Assembly (NCBI GenBank): GCA_029571215.1
Contig: JAKPTE010000001.1
Coordinates: 42,684 to 106,683, forward strand
Length of the DNA: 64,000 nucleotides
Direction: 5' to 3'
DNA from: Bacteroidota bacterium
Lineage (GTDB): Bacteria; Bacteroidota; Bacteroidia; Bacteroidales; JAAYUG01
The stretch's first letter is position 1. Each line of letters begins with the position of its first letter. This document shows positions 1 through 9,913 of this stretch, piece by piece. A program made the position numbers and the translations under genes. Under the pieces are notes generated by a model that did no database searches, was not told the origin of the DNA, and saw nothing but the letters and a program-made list of their open reading frames with translations.

Positions 1-372
1 AAAAAGATTTTGATTTTTTTTGTCCTTCTTGGAATGTTTTCCATTTCTATTGCCGGTACCACCTCAGGAAGTCCCGACAAATTCATTGGTAAGTGGAATA
101 TCAGTGTTCCTGACTCTCCTTTGCCGGAGTACAGCAACTCAACATTGGTATTCAGTAAGGAAGGGAATACTTTCAAGGGGACCATGGGATTAGGAGAATA
201 TATGACCATGGATGTAGAAAATCTCGTCATTAAAGGGAACAAGGCCGAATTTGTGATTTATATTCAGGGAGAAAAAATTAGCATCAGTCTGAAAAGGAAG
301 GGGAATACACTTAACGGAACGGCAACTTATTCGGAGGGTATTCTTACAGTTAACGGGACGAAACAACAATAA
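1..372 (+). CDS. Secreted hypothetical beta-rich protein; true start probably just upstream of the window
   Basis: Frame is open from base 1 (KKILIFFVLLGMFSISIA, signal-peptide-like), then GKW and alternating beta-strand pattern. Confidence 0.7.
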   Translation, partial: KKILIFFVLLGMFSISIAGTTSGSPDKFIGKWNISVPDSPLPEYSNSTLVFSKEGNTFKGTMGLGEYMTMDVENLVIKGNKAEFVIYIQGEKISISLKRKGNTLNGTATYSEGILTVNGTKQQ

Positions 373-374
373 GG

Positions 375-1838
375 TTATTCAGTTTTTTCATATACCCTTA
401 CCCAGTCAATTTCGAATGTGGCGGGCAGACTGCCATTTACATTGTCTTTGTATATTCCTGAGCTGAAATTAAGATAGAGTGGTTCCTGAGGAACAGCTTC
501 CTTCATTTCAGCCAGTTTTACACCGTTCACTTTCCAAACAAGGGAAGAGGGAGTCCATTCGAGGGTGAAAATGTAAAATCCCTTCATCAGGCGGGAAGCT
601 GACAGGCGGATGGTTTGGTGCCTGATACCATCTTTTTCGGTTATATTTCCCCAGAAGGTACTCATCAGTATTTTGCTGTTGTCTGTCTTGAATACATCCA
701 CCTGGGGTACGATGCGATCGCCTGTAAGCCAGAAAGCGTGTGTAACCTTACCCGGATTATTGAACCGAACCTTGGCCTGAATGACACCATATTTCTGGCG
801 GAAACTTTTTCCGGTATTGACAATACCTGACGTGTAGTTAAAATCTTTCGGATAAAAGCCGAGAGCCGGATCCCATGCTTTACCTGTCACTTCTTCCTTA
901 CGGGTGATAATTTTCAATACACTGCCTGCCAGTTCCAGGTTTTTCCCGTCAGTAAGAAAATGTTTGTCGGAAGCAAGAGAATAAGCATCTTTCAGAACAG
1001 TCTCCCCCCAGAAGTACCGGGTAATCCATTTGGAAGTGTCAAGGCTTTTTGCCGCAAAATCCTCTTCAAATTTCAGGGTCAGCTTTTTCAGTTCCCTGAA
1101 TTTATCCTGTTTCAGCACCCTGAAGTACCATCTAATTTTTTCGGATTTCTTCAGGGTCAGATATTCCTGAAGTTGTTTATATTCCTCTGACAAAAGGTAT
1201 TTTTTCTTTGGTGAGAGGAGCATGTATTCCTTTACCTTTCTGAAATCTTCCGATGCAAGGTATTGTTCAAGTTCCATATACCGGCCAGGGAGATCAGAGG
1301 AATCAACCTGGGAATAAATGCTGTACTTCGGAGAGGCTTTGAAGGAGAAATACTTTCTGGCTTCGGGCAATTTTTTCAACTGAAGGTATTCATTCCAGAG
1401 TTCCGATTCGGGAGTGACCCTGAATTCGCGGGCTGACATGCTGCTTCTTTTCTGCCGGAATTCCTGGGAAGTAACAAGCTTGTCAAGTTCCCCAAGGCGA
1501 TGGTATTCAGGTGATTTTTCAAAAGCCTCGGCAGCTGCAAGAGCAGATGAATTCTTAACTTTTATATAGGTTCTCCAGCGGGGATCTTTTTGTATTCTTT
1601 TAAATTCCTGTTCTTTACGAAATTCTTCCGTATCAGAATATTTCTGTGCTTTTATGGCATTTACCCGACGCGGGAATTCCGGTGAATTAATGAATTTGTC
1701 CAGTTCCTGGTACCGTTTGAGTTCTTCTGAACCGGTGTACGAAGTAAACTCCCTGAATTCGGCCCAGAGAGCATTTTCTCTGGACTCAAGTTTTTCGGTA
1801 TTGGGAATCAATCCGAGAAACAGGCGTAGGTTTATCAT
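375..1838 (-). CDS. GH16-like beta-jelly-roll protein with N-terminal triple helical repeat; catalytic motif degenerate
   Basis: LKFEEDF..LDTSKW, YTSG..NT, FRQKYG, IFTLEWTP..LVWKVNG and FEIDWVRVY are GH16 hallmarks; ExDxxE position reads QVDVFK. Confidence 0.8.
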   Translation of the reverse strand: MINLRLFLGLIPNTEKLESRENALWAEFREFTSYTGSEELKRYQELDKFINSPEFPRRVNAIKAQKYSDTEEFRKEQEFKRIQKDPRWRTYIKVKNSSALAAAEAFEKSPEYHRLGELDKLVTSQEFRQKRSSMSAREFRVTPESELWNEYLQLKKLPEARKYFSFKASPKYSIYSQVDSSDLPGRYMELEQYLASEDFRKVKEYMLLSPKKKYLLSEEYKQLQEYLTLKKSEKIRWYFRVLKQDKFRELKKLTLKFEEDFAAKSLDTSKWITRYFWGETVLKDAYSLASDKHFLTDGKNLELAGSVLKIITRKEEVTGKAWDPALGFYPKDFNYTSGIVNTGKSFRQKYGVIQAKVRFNNPGKVTHAFWLTGDRIVPQVDVFKTDNSKILMSTFWGNITEKDGIRHQTIRLSASRLMKGFYIFTLEWTPSSLVWKVNGVKLAEMKEAVPQEPLYLNFSSGIYKDNVNGSLPATFEIDWVRVYEKTE

Positions 1839-1925
1839 ACAAATAAGATTGAATAAGTGGTTAAATTTAGAAAAAAATATTCACTAAACAGGAAAAGGGA
1901 AAAAATCCAATAAAAGAAAAAATGT

Positions 1926-1973
1926 ATCCTTTGAGCATACCTGGGTTAAAAGCAGGTAAATAGTGCTAAGGAT
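1926..1973 (-). terminator. Interrupted hairpin, probable terminator after the carB-SGNH transcript
   Basis: ATCCTT/AAGGAT, AGCA/TGCT and TACCTG/CAGGTA nested pairs, followed by a U-rich run on the minus strand. Confidence 0.45.
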
Positions 1974-1985
1974 CAACAAAATTTT

Positions 1986-2693
1986 TCAGCGCGAAAGAAC
2001 TTTCTGCAGGTTATCTTTGATGATGGATGACCAGAGCAGATAACCTTCATGGTTGAGATGAAGCTGGTCGTTAATAAAAAGTTCGGGTCTGGGCTGAAGT
2101 TCCGGAGTTAGAAATGCCCCGGAAGTTTGAATGAACCAGGTATTTTTATGGTGCTGACAAAATGATTGTATTTTTCGATTGGCTTTTTGGATCCGTGGCC
2201 AGGCAGACCAGCGCGACGGAGTAGGAGTAATTTCAATCCAGAAAATCGGTACGGAGGGAAATTTTGCCCTGATGGTATGGTGGATTGATTTGACCAAGGC
2301 CTCAATTTCATGGGGTGTCTTGTCGGTGGGAGAGCCGGTAACATCATTCGCAATAAAGATAACGATGGCAGAAGGGTTATGCGGATAAATAATCCGTGAG
2401 GCATACACAGCAAAATCGCTTAGTTTTGCCCCTCCATATCCTCTCCGGACGACCTTCCAGGGCGACATATCTTCCTGAATGGTATTCCAGAGACGAATGC
2501 TTGAACTACCTGTAAAGAGAATGGCATTTTCAGGATCCGTTTCAATTGAGTCGAGGTGTTCAAGTGCACGGATATCCTTTTCCCAGGCAAGTACATCGGG
2601 TGTTTTCTGGTAATGCAATACCGGGGAACAGGCAATGAGGAGGTACAGAAAAACGGATGCAAACAATGGTAGGAAAAAACTTCGCTTTTGCAT
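1986..2693 (-). CDS. SGNH/GDSL hydrolase lipoprotein
   Basis: Lipobox LIAC; blocks FTGSSSIRLW, RGYGG, IAND, DQLH; 9 bp downstream of carB. Confidence 0.88.
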   Translation of the reverse strand: MQKRSFFLPLFASVFLYLLIACSPVLHYQKTPDVLAWEKDIRALEHLDSIETDPENAILFTGSSSIRLWNTIQEDMSPWKVVRRGYGGAKLSDFAVYASRIIYPHNPSAIVIFIANDVTGSPTDKTPHEIEALVKSIHHTIRAKFPSVPIFWIEITPTPSRWSAWPRIQKANRKIQSFCQHHKNTWFIQTSGAFLTPELQPRPELFINDQLHLNHEGYLLWSSIIKDNLQKVLSR

Positions 2694-2702
2694 AATTCCA
2701 AT

Positions 2703-5700
2703 TTAATATTCATCCCAGCTTCTGATGGCAATATCTTCCATTTTCAATTTGCAGAAAGCAATGATAAATGCGCTGGCCAGACGGGCATTGGTAATAAGGG
2801 GGATGTTGAAATCGACGGCACTTCTCCGGATCATGTAGTCATTACTGAGTTCGGTCTTGGAGAGGTCTTTGGGAATATTGATTACCAGGTCGATTGTCCG
2901 GCTGCGCAGATAATCAAGCACGTTGGGTTTTTTGTCTTCATCAGGCCAGTGCAGGGCAGTAGCCGGGATTCCGTTCAGTTCCAGGAATTGTTGTGTTCCT
3001 TTTGTGGCAAAAAGGTTATAGCCTTTTTCATAAAGCATCCGGCAGCTGTTGAGCAGTTCGACCTTGGAGCGCATTTCGCCGGTTGACAGGAGAATATTTT
3101 TCTTTGGGATGGTATATCCGACCGAAAGCATGGCTGTAAGAATCGCTTCATAGAAGGTATCGCCAAGGCATCCAACTTCGCCGGTGGAGGCCATGTCAAC
3201 ACCAAGCACCGGATCGGCTTTCTGAAGGCGCGAGAAAGAGAACTGGGGAGCCTTGACTCCGATATAATCTATATCGAATGCTGATTTATGGGGTTTCTCA
3301 ACGGGAAGTCCCAGGAGAATTCGGGTGGCAATGTCAATAAAGTTCACCTTCAGTACTTTGGATACAAAGGGGAAACTGCGGGAAGCACGGAGGTTACATT
3401 CAATAACCTTGATGTCGTTATCCTTAGCCAGAAACTGGATATTGAAGGGGCCGGTAATATCTAATGCTTTGGCAATTTCACGCGTAATGCGTTTGATCCG
3501 GCGCATGGTTTCAAAATATACTTTCTGTGCCGGAAAAACCATGGTAGCATCTCCTGAATGAACTCCTGCAAATTCAACATGTTCGGAGATGGCGTAGGTT
3601 ATCAGCTCACCGTGGCGGGCCACCGCATCAATTTCGATTTCCTTTGCCTGCTGTATAAATTCAGAAACAACCACTGGATATTGTTTGGATACGTTGGCAG
3701 CGAGCTTCAGGAAGTATTCAAGTTCCTCTTTATTGGAAACCACGTTCATAGCTGCACCGGAGAGAACGTACGAAGGGCGGATGAGGACCGGGAATCCGAT
3801 GTCATCGACAAACTGATAGATATCGTTCATGCTGGTAAGCTCCTTCCAGCGGGGTTGATCAATTTTCAATGTGTCAAGGAGGCTGGAGAACTTATGCCTG
3901 TTTTCAGCCTGGTCGATAGAAACCGGAGAAGAACCGAGAACCGGAACCTTCTGCTCGTAAAGGCGCATGGCAAGGTTGTTGGGTATTTGCCCACCCATGG
4001 AAAGGATAACACCTTTCGGAGTCTCCAGTTCAATAATATCCATTACCCGCTCGAACGACAGCTCATCAAAGTAAAGGCGGTCGCAGATATCATAGTCTGT
4101 ACTTACGGTTTCCGGATTGTAGTTAATCATTACCGAACGGTAACCCTGTTGGTTAACCGTTTGAAGTGCGCTGACGCTGCACCAGTCAAATTCGACTGAA
4201 CTGCCGATACGATATGCTCCTGAGCCCAGTACAATAACTGACTTGCCGTCTTTTTCGAAAGGAATATCGTGTTCTTCGCCGCTATAAGTAAGATAGAGAT
4301 AATTGGTTTGGGCAGGGTATTCAGCGGCGAGGGTATCGATTTGTTTAACATACGGAATGATTCCGGCCTTTTTACGGAATTCTCTCACTTTAAGAAGGTT
4401 CTGGTGCATGTCGCTTTTGGAAGAGTGCAACACCGAACGGGCGATCTGAAAATCGCTGAATCCCGCTTTTTTTGCGTCCAATAGCAGGTTAAGTGGTAAT
4501 TCTTCGAGAGAAGAGTATGTTTCAAGTTCCTGTTTGAGATGGAAAATGCGCTGCAGTTTAATGAGGAACCATTTGTCAATTTTCGTCAGATCGTGGATGC
4601 GGTCGATGGAATATCCTTTTTCGAAAGCACTGGCAATAACAAAAATCCGCATGTCGGTTGGTTCCGACAATTCCCTGTCAATATCGTCAAATTCCAGGTC
4701 ACGATTCCCCACAAAGCCATGCATACCCTGCCCGATCATACGGAGCCCTTTTTGAATCGCTTCCTCAAAGGTTTTGCCGATAGCCATCACTTCCCCCACA
4801 CTCTTCATGCTGCTGTTGATGGTTTTGGAAACTCCAATGAATTTATTGAGGTCCCATCTGGGGATTTTGCAAACGATATAGTCAAGGGCTGGTTCGAAAA
4901 AGGCCGTAGTAGTTTTTGTAATGGAGTTTTTCAGTTCATGAAGTCCGTATCCCAGTGCGAGTTTAGCGGCCACAAAGGCCAGGGGATAACCGGTTGCCTT
5001 GGAAGCAAGGGCACTGGAGCGCGACAAACGGGCATTTACTTCAATTACCCTGTAATCTTCACTTTCCGGATCGAGGGCATATTGAACATTGCATTCGCCG
5101 ATAATTCCGATATGGCGTATAATTTTAATGGAAAGCTGACGCAGCTTGTGGTATTCACTGTTGGTAAGGGTCTGGGAAGGAGCCACGACAATGCTTTCAC
5201 CGGTATGGATTCCAAGGGGATCAAAATTCTCCATATTGCACACGGTGATGCAGTTGTCGTACTGATCTCTTACCACTTCGTATTCAATTTCTTTCCACCC
5301 TTTCAATGATTCTTCCACAAGAACCTGAGGAGAATAGGAAAAAGCTTTTGTGACGGTGCGCAGGAGTTCCTCCTCGTCGGAACAAAAACCGCTTCCCTGG
5401 CCTCCCAGAGCATAGGCGGCACGGACAATTACCGGGAATCCCAGCTTTTTTGCAGCGGAAAGGGCATCGTCAATGTTGGTGACAGCTATGCTGCGTGGCG
5501 TTTTGACATCAATTTCATTCAGCCGTTCGACAAATTTCTCCCTGTCTTCTGTATCGATAATAGCCTGAACAGGCGTTCCCAGGACCCTGACCTGGTATTT
5601 TTCCAGAATTTTGTTTTCGTAAAGAGCTACGCCACAATTCAGGGCGGTTTGTCCTCCAAAAGCCAGAAGAATTCCGTCAGGTCTTTCTTTTTCAATTACT

Positions 5701-5924
5701 TTTTCTACAAAATAGGGTGTAACGGGCAGGAAATATATTTTGTCGGCAATGCCTTCGGTTGTTTGAACGGTTGCAATGTTGGGATTAATGAGAATAGTGT
5801 AAATATTCTCTTCGCGCAGAGCTTTAAGGGCCTGTGAACCGGAATAGTCAAATTCACCGGCTTCACCGATTTTAAGGGCACCGGAACCCAGGACAAGAAC
5901 TTTACGGATTGGAATTTTCTGCAT
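2703..5924 (-). CDS. carB: Carbamoyl-phosphate synthase large subunit
   Basis: [20 protein letters not shown], duplicated ATP-grasp halves, C-terminal MGS domain, 1073 aa. Confidence 0.98.
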   Translation of the reverse strand: MQKIPIRKVLVLGSGALKIGEAGEFDYSGSQALKALREENIYTILINPNIATVQTTEGIADKIYFLPVTPYFVEKVIEKERPDGILLAFGGQTALNCGVALYENKILEKYQVRVLGTPVQAIIDTEDREKFVERLNEIDVKTPRSIAVTNIDDALSAAKKLGFPVIVRAAYALGGQGSGFCSDEEELLRTVTKAFSYSPQVLVEESLKGWKEIEYEVVRDQYDNCITVCNMENFDPLGIHTGESIVVAPSQTLTNSEYHKLRQLSIKIIRHIGIIGECNVQYALDPESEDYRVIEVNARLSRSSALASKATGYPLAFVAAKLALGYGLHELKNSITKTTTAFFEPALDYIVCKIPRWDLNKFIGVSKTINSSMKSVGEVMAIGKTFEEAIQKGLRMIGQGMHGFVGNRDLEFDDIDRELSEPTDMRIFVIASAFEKGYSIDRIHDLTKIDKWFLIKLQRIFHLKQELETYSSLEELPLNLLLDAKKAGFSDFQIARSVLHSSKSDMHQNLLKVREFRKKAGIIPYVKQIDTLAAEYPAQTNYLYLTYSGEEHDIPFEKDGKSVIVLGSGAYRIGSSVEFDWCSVSALQTVNQQGYRSVMINYNPETVSTDYDICDRLYFDELSFERVMDIIELETPKGVILSMGGQIPNNLAMRLYEQKVPVLGSSPVSIDQAENRHKFSSLLDTLKIDQPRWKELTSMNDIYQFVDDIGFPVLIRPSYVLSGAAMNVVSNKEELEYFLKLAANVSKQYPVVVSEFIQQAKEIEIDAVARHGELITYAISEHVEFAGVHSGDATMVFPAQKVYFETMRRIKRITREIAKALDITGPFNIQFLAKDNDIKVIECNLRASRSFPFVSKVLKVNFIDIATRILLGLPVEKPHKSAFDIDYIGVKAPQFSFSRLQKADPVLGVDMASTGEVGCLGDTFYEAILTAMLSVGYTIPKKNILLSTGEMRSKVELLNSCRMLYEKGYNLFATKGTQQFLELNGIPATALHWPDEDKKPNVLDYLRSRTIDLVINIPKDLSKTELSNDYMIRRSAVDFNIPLITNARLASAFIIAFCKLKMEDIAIRSWDEY

Positions 5925-5946
5925 ACCTTACATGATAATTTCGTGG

Positions 5947-5954
5947 CAAATCTA
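5947..5954 (-). promoter_or_regulatory. Bacteroidota -7 promoter element for carB (TAGATTTG)
   Basis: Exact TAnnTTTG match 22 nt upstream of the carB ATG. Confidence 0.7.
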
Positions 5955-5974
5955 CGAATAAATTTTGTGGAAAA

Positions 5975-6007
5975 TTTGGAATGGAAAGAAAAAATTGCAT
6001 ATATTTG
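5975..6007 (+). promoter_or_regulatory. Bacteroidota sigma-A promoter for the argR operon (TTTG N21 TATATTTG)
   Basis: -33 TTTG at 5975-5978; -7 TATATTTG at 6000-6007. Confidence 0.8.
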
Positions 6008-6032
6008 CAGCACTAATGTATAAATATGCCAT
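5994..6032. promoter_or_regulatory. Tandem ARG boxes (ArgR operator)
   Basis: ATTGCATATATTTGCAGC (5994-6011), 3-bp spacer, AATGTATAAATATGCCAT (6015-6032); canonical geometry, overlapping the argR -7 element. Confidence 0.82.
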
Positions 6033-6507
6033 GCTAAAAACCCGAACACGCCGGCTTATGGAGATCCGGAAACTGATCAGTACCGGTACCATCGGTACCC
6101 AGGAAGAGTTGCTGCAAAAGCTCGAAAAGAAAGGATTCAGGTATACGCAGGCAACTCTTTCGCGGGATTTAAAGTTTCTGAAAGTCGGGCGGAAAGCTGA
6201 CCCGAAAAAGGGCATGGTATATGTTCTTCCGGAAGAAACGGGCTGGAACGAGGTTTTACCGGAAGAAGCCACAGGGAAAAGTGGTTTTATTTCACTGGAG
6301 TTTTCGCATAATCTTGGCGTAATCAAAACCATACCGGGCTTTGCCAGCGGGCTTGCCTATCTGATTGACCACCATCAACCATATGAAGTTCTTGCCACCG
6401 TAGCAGGAGATGATACCATACTGGTAATCGGAAGGGAAGGGGTAAAGAAGAGTGATATTCAGAAGGCTCTGGCATTGATTATTCCGGAAATAGAAAGGAA
6501 ACCTTAG
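6031..6507 (+). CDS. argR: Arginine repressor
   Basis: TQEEL, TQATLSRD winged helix, TVAGDDTI arginine-binding motif; ATG 6031 chosen because it lies downstream of the promoter. Confidence 0.96.
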   Translation: MLKTRTRRLMEIRKLISTGTIGTQEELLQKLEKKGFRYTQATLSRDLKFLKVGRKADPKKGMVYVLPEETGWNEVLPEEATGKSGFISLEFSHNLGVIKTIPGFASGLAYLIDHHQPYEVLATVAGDDTILVIGREGVKKSDIQKALALIIPEIERKP

Positions 6508-6508
6508 G

Positions 6509-6566
6509 GAGGGTGTGGTCGTTTGTGTTGCATTTTCAGGGGGTTTGCACACGACGGCCACCCCTT
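6509..6566 (+). other. Long intercistronic stem-loop between argR and argG
   Basis: GGGTGTGGTCGTTTGTGTTGCA pairs with TGCACACGACGGCCACCCC (about 19 bp, bulged), followed by TATTTTACTTTATTT. Confidence 0.6.
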
Positions 6567-6602
6567 ATTTTACTTTATTTAATGACTTAAAAATTTCATA
6601 CA

Positions 6603-7844
6603 ATGAAAGAAAAAGTAATACTTGCGTACAGTGGCGGTCTGGATACTTCGGTTATACTGAAGTGGTTGATTGACAAAGGATACGATGTAATCGCCTACAT
6701 TGCTGATGTAGGACAGGAAGATGATTTTGACACAGCCCGTGAAAAGGCTTTGAAAATAGGAGCTTCCAAAGTTTATATTGAGGATCTGAAGGAGGAATTC
6801 GTTACAGATTATATTTTCCCGGCCATCCGTGCCAATGCTGTCTATGAAGGCCGGTATCTTATGGGTACATCGCTGGCCCGGCCTCTGATTGCAAAAAAAC
6901 AGATTGAAATTGCTGAGGCAGAGAAAGCTGCCTATGTGGCCCATGGTGCGACAGGTAAAGGCAATGACCAGGTTCGTTTCGAACTGACCTATTATGCATT
7001 GAATCCCAAAATCAAAGTTCTTTCGCCCTGGAAGACGGCCGAATTTCTTAACGAATTCAAGGGAAGAAGCGATATGATCGCTTATGCACAGGCAAAAGGC
7101 ATACCAGTAAAAGCGACCATCAGCAAACCATACAGTGAGGATGACAACCTGATGCATATCAGCCATGAGGCTGGAATTCTGGAGGATCCGGCCTATAAAC
7201 CGGAGAAGGACATGTTTACCAAAATCGTTCTGCCCCAGAATGCACCTGATAAGGAAACCCATTTGGAAATCCATTTCAAGGACGGAACCCCAGTGAAAGT
7301 GGTAAACACGGATGATGGAACCGTAAAGGAAAAGCCACTGGAACTTTTCATGTACCTGAACAAGCTTGGGTCAGAAAACGGAATCGGATTGCTCGATATG
7401 GTGGAAAACCGGTTTGTGGGTATTAAATCAAGGGGAGTATATGAGACACCCGGGGCTACCATCCTGCATATAGCCCACATGGATATTGAAGGAATTGCCA
7501 TGGACCGTGAAGTTATGCGGCTGCGCAATATGCTGTCTCCGGTTTTTGCCGAAATTGTGTATAACGGATTCTGGTTCAGTCCGGAAATGGATTTTCTGAT
7601 GGCAGCCATAAACAAGAGCCAGGAGGTAATTGACGGGAAAGTGTTTTTAACACTATACAAGGGCAATGTCATAGTTGACGGAAGGGAGTCTCCCAGTTCA
7701 CTTTACAATAAGGAATTGTCCAGCATGGATATTGAAGGAGGTTTCAATCAGATGGACAGTGCCGGTTTTATTAAAATCAATGCTATCCGTCTTATGGCGC
7801 ATCATGCCATTCTGCAGGTCAGAAAGGCCAATGGCAGAATCTGA
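6603..7844 (+). CDS. argG: Argininosuccinate synthase
   Basis: [34 protein letters not shown]. Confidence 0.98.
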   Translation: MKEKVILAYSGGLDTSVILKWLIDKGYDVIAYIADVGQEDDFDTAREKALKIGASKVYIEDLKEEFVTDYIFPAIRANAVYEGRYLMGTSLARPLIAKKQIEIAEAEKAAYVAHGATGKGNDQVRFELTYYALNPKIKVLSPWKTAEFLNEFKGRSDMIAYAQAKGIPVKATISKPYSEDDNLMHISHEAGILEDPAYKPEKDMFTKIVLPQNAPDKETHLEIHFKDGTPVKVVNTDDGTVKEKPLELFMYLNKLGSENGIGLLDMVENRFVGIKSRGVYETPGATILHIAHMDIEGIAMDREVMRLRNMLSPVFAEIVYNGFWFSPEMDFLMAAINKSQEVIDGKVFLTLYKGNVIVDGRESPSSLYNKELSSMDIEGGFNQMDSAGFIKINAIRLMAHHAILQVRKANGRI

Positions 7845-7888
7845 TAATATATATTTCCTAATTATTAACCCCCTTAAAATTTTTTGTT

Positions 7889-9232
7889 ATGAAACTTTGG
7901 GATAAGGGCATAGCCCTTGAAAAACTCATCGAAACATTTACCATTGGGAAGGACAATGAACTTGACGTAGTTCTTGCACCCTATGATGTTCTTGGAACAA
8001 TAGCCCATATCCGTATGCTGAAGCATATCGGATTGCTGACAGAAACCGAACTGAAGAAACTGGAATATGAACTGATCCGGATTTACAACAAAATCAGGGA
8101 GGGTGAGTTCCGCATTGAAGAAGGAGTAGAGGATGTACACTCCCAGATTGAAATGATTCTTACCGATAGGCTGGGAGACATCGGGAAAAAAGTTCATACG
8201 GGCCGTTCAAGGAATGATCAGGTTCTTGTTGATATCAAGCTGTACATCCGCGATGAAATCAGAGAACTGACAAAGCAGACCCGGTCGCTGTTCGATCTGC
8301 TTCTGAGCCTGAGTGAAAAATACAAGGATGTTCTTCTTCCCGGTTACACTCATTTTCAGATAGCAATGCCTTCCTCATTCGGCTTATGGTTCGGGGCGTA
8401 CGCCGAAAGTCTGACCGATGACATGCAGTTATTACTGGCGGCTTACCGCATTGCCAATCAGAACCCCCTGGGTTCGGCAGCAGGATATGGATCTTCCTTT
8501 CCCCTTGACCGTAAGATGACAACCTCCCTTCTGGGTTTTGATACCCTGAGTTACAACGTTGTGAACGCGCAGATGGCAAGAGGTAAAGTTGAGAAAATTG
8601 TAAGTTTTGCCGTTGGTTCCGTCGCATCTACCCTTGGGCGTCTTGCCATGGATGCTTGTTTATACAGCAGCCAGAACTTTGGTTTTATTTCCTTCCCCGA
8701 TGAGCTCACTACCGGTTCCAGTATTATGCCCCACAAGAAGAATCCAGATGTTTTTGAACTGGTCAGAGCACGATGCAATAAACTTCAGGGAGTGGCCAAT
8801 GATCTGAGCCTGATGCTGGCCAATCTCCCTTCGGGATATCACAGGGATATGCAGGTCACTAAGGAAGTTTTTATGCCCGTTTTCTCTGAAATAAAGGAAT
8901 GCCTTAAAATGACCGAGATGATGCTGGAACATATCAGGGTAAATGAGCACATCCTTGATGATCCGCGATATGATTATCTGTTCAGTGTTGAGGAGGTGAA
9001 CCGGCTGGTTCTGGAAGGAATGCCTTTCAGGGACGCCTATAAAAAGGTTGGGAAGTCCATCGCTGACGGTACTTATAAACATCCGGAAAACATACATCAT
9101 ACCCATGAAGGCAGTATGGGGAACCTTTGCACTGAAGAAATCAGGAAGAAAATGGAAAATATACTGGAATCATTTCACTTCGAGATAATTGACAAGGCAT
9201 ACCAGTGCCTGTTGCAGGAAACATCGATGTAA
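7889..9232 (+). CDS. argH: Argininosuccinate lyase
   Basis: HTGRSRNDQ, PGYTH, GSSIMPHKKNPD. Confidence 0.97.
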   Translation: MKLWDKGIALEKLIETFTIGKDNELDVVLAPYDVLGTIAHIRMLKHIGLLTETELKKLEYELIRIYNKIREGEFRIEEGVEDVHSQIEMILTDRLGDIGKKVHTGRSRNDQVLVDIKLYIRDEIRELTKQTRSLFDLLLSLSEKYKDVLLPGYTHFQIAMPSSFGLWFGAYAESLTDDMQLLLAAYRIANQNPLGSAAGYGSSFPLDRKMTTSLLGFDTLSYNVVNAQMARGKVEKIVSFAVGSVASTLGRLAMDACLYSSQNFGFISFPDELTTGSSIMPHKKNPDVFELVRARCNKLQGVANDLSLMLANLPSGYHRDMQVTKEVFMPVFSEIKECLKMTEMMLEHIRVNEHILDDPRYDYLFSVEEVNRLVLEGMPFRDAYKKVGKSIADGTYKHPENIHHTHEGSMGNLCTEEIRKKMENILESFHFEIIDKAYQCLLQETSM

Positions 9233-9243
9233 TTCTTTGAACC

Positions 9244-9912
9244 ATGCCTGATTCGTTACGCATTGTATTCCGGGTGGAGATTGCCACTTTGCTGAAGGAG
9301 GGACAGCTTGATCTTTCACGGATGGAAAGGGTCTCCATGCTGTGTACCAACCTGATGAACTGCGGCCACAAGGTTGTGTTGGTATCGTCCGGAGCTATTT
9401 TCCTGGGATCGCAGCGTCTGGGAATGGACGGAATTCCCGATACACTGACAGGGAAACAGGCTGCTGCTGCCGTCGGACAGGCTGAACTCATTACCCAGTA
9501 TCAAAATTGTTTTGACGGGTTCAACCAAACAGTGGCCCAGGTGTTACTTACACAGGATGTTCTTGAGAACAGAGTCTGGAGACTGAACGCAGAAAATACG
9601 TTTCGCCGCTTAATGGATAAAGGAATTATTCCCATTGTCAATGAAAATGATTCAGTATCGACTGAAGATATTGAACTGGGCGATAATTATCCGTTGGCGT
9701 TGCAGGTAGCACGAATTGTACATGCTCATATGATTATTCTGCGGCATATATCAGAAGGTACCTATCTGGTCTATACTTATGGCGGCGAAGTTGTTCAGGC
9801 AGGAGAAAATGAAATTTTTGAGACAGCAAAGCGTCTGAAACGTGAAACCGGTTTCATGCAGCGGCCCAAACAGTATTTTCCTGCAGGAGTACCACAGGAT
9901 TATATTTACTAA
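9244..9912 (+). CDS. Glutamate 5-kinase-like protein, degenerate (probable pseudo-kinase)
   Basis: VVLVSSGAI, KQAAAAVGQ, AQVLLT and PIVNENDSV present; VVKxGSS, GDND, SDIDGL and GTGGMxTK absent or altered. Confidence 0.85.
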   Translation: MPDSLRIVFRVEIATLLKEGQLDLSRMERVSMLCTNLMNCGHKVVLVSSGAIFLGSQRLGMDGIPDTLTGKQAAAAVGQAELITQYQNCFDGFNQTVAQVLLTQDVLENRVWRLNAENTFRRLMDKGIIPIVNENDSVSTEDIELGDNYPLALQVARIVHAHMIILRHISEGTYLVYTYGGEVVQAGENEIFETAKRLKRETGFMQRPKQYFPAGVPQDYIY

Positions 9913-9913
9913 G

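Noticed and set aside
2688-5309. Long plus-strand ORFs (132-256 aa) antisense to carB, and similar ones opposite argG, gltB, susC, sdhA and the redoxin gene
   Set aside because: Shadow ORFs on the opposite strand of well-conserved genes; no recognisable motifs
5965-6030. Upstream extension of argR; likewise for proB (9842), sdhC (53467), sdhA (54320), ompA/motB (39851) and the redoxin (23513)
   Set aside because: Extensions run over promoter elements or neighbouring genes; downstream ATGs fit family N-termini better
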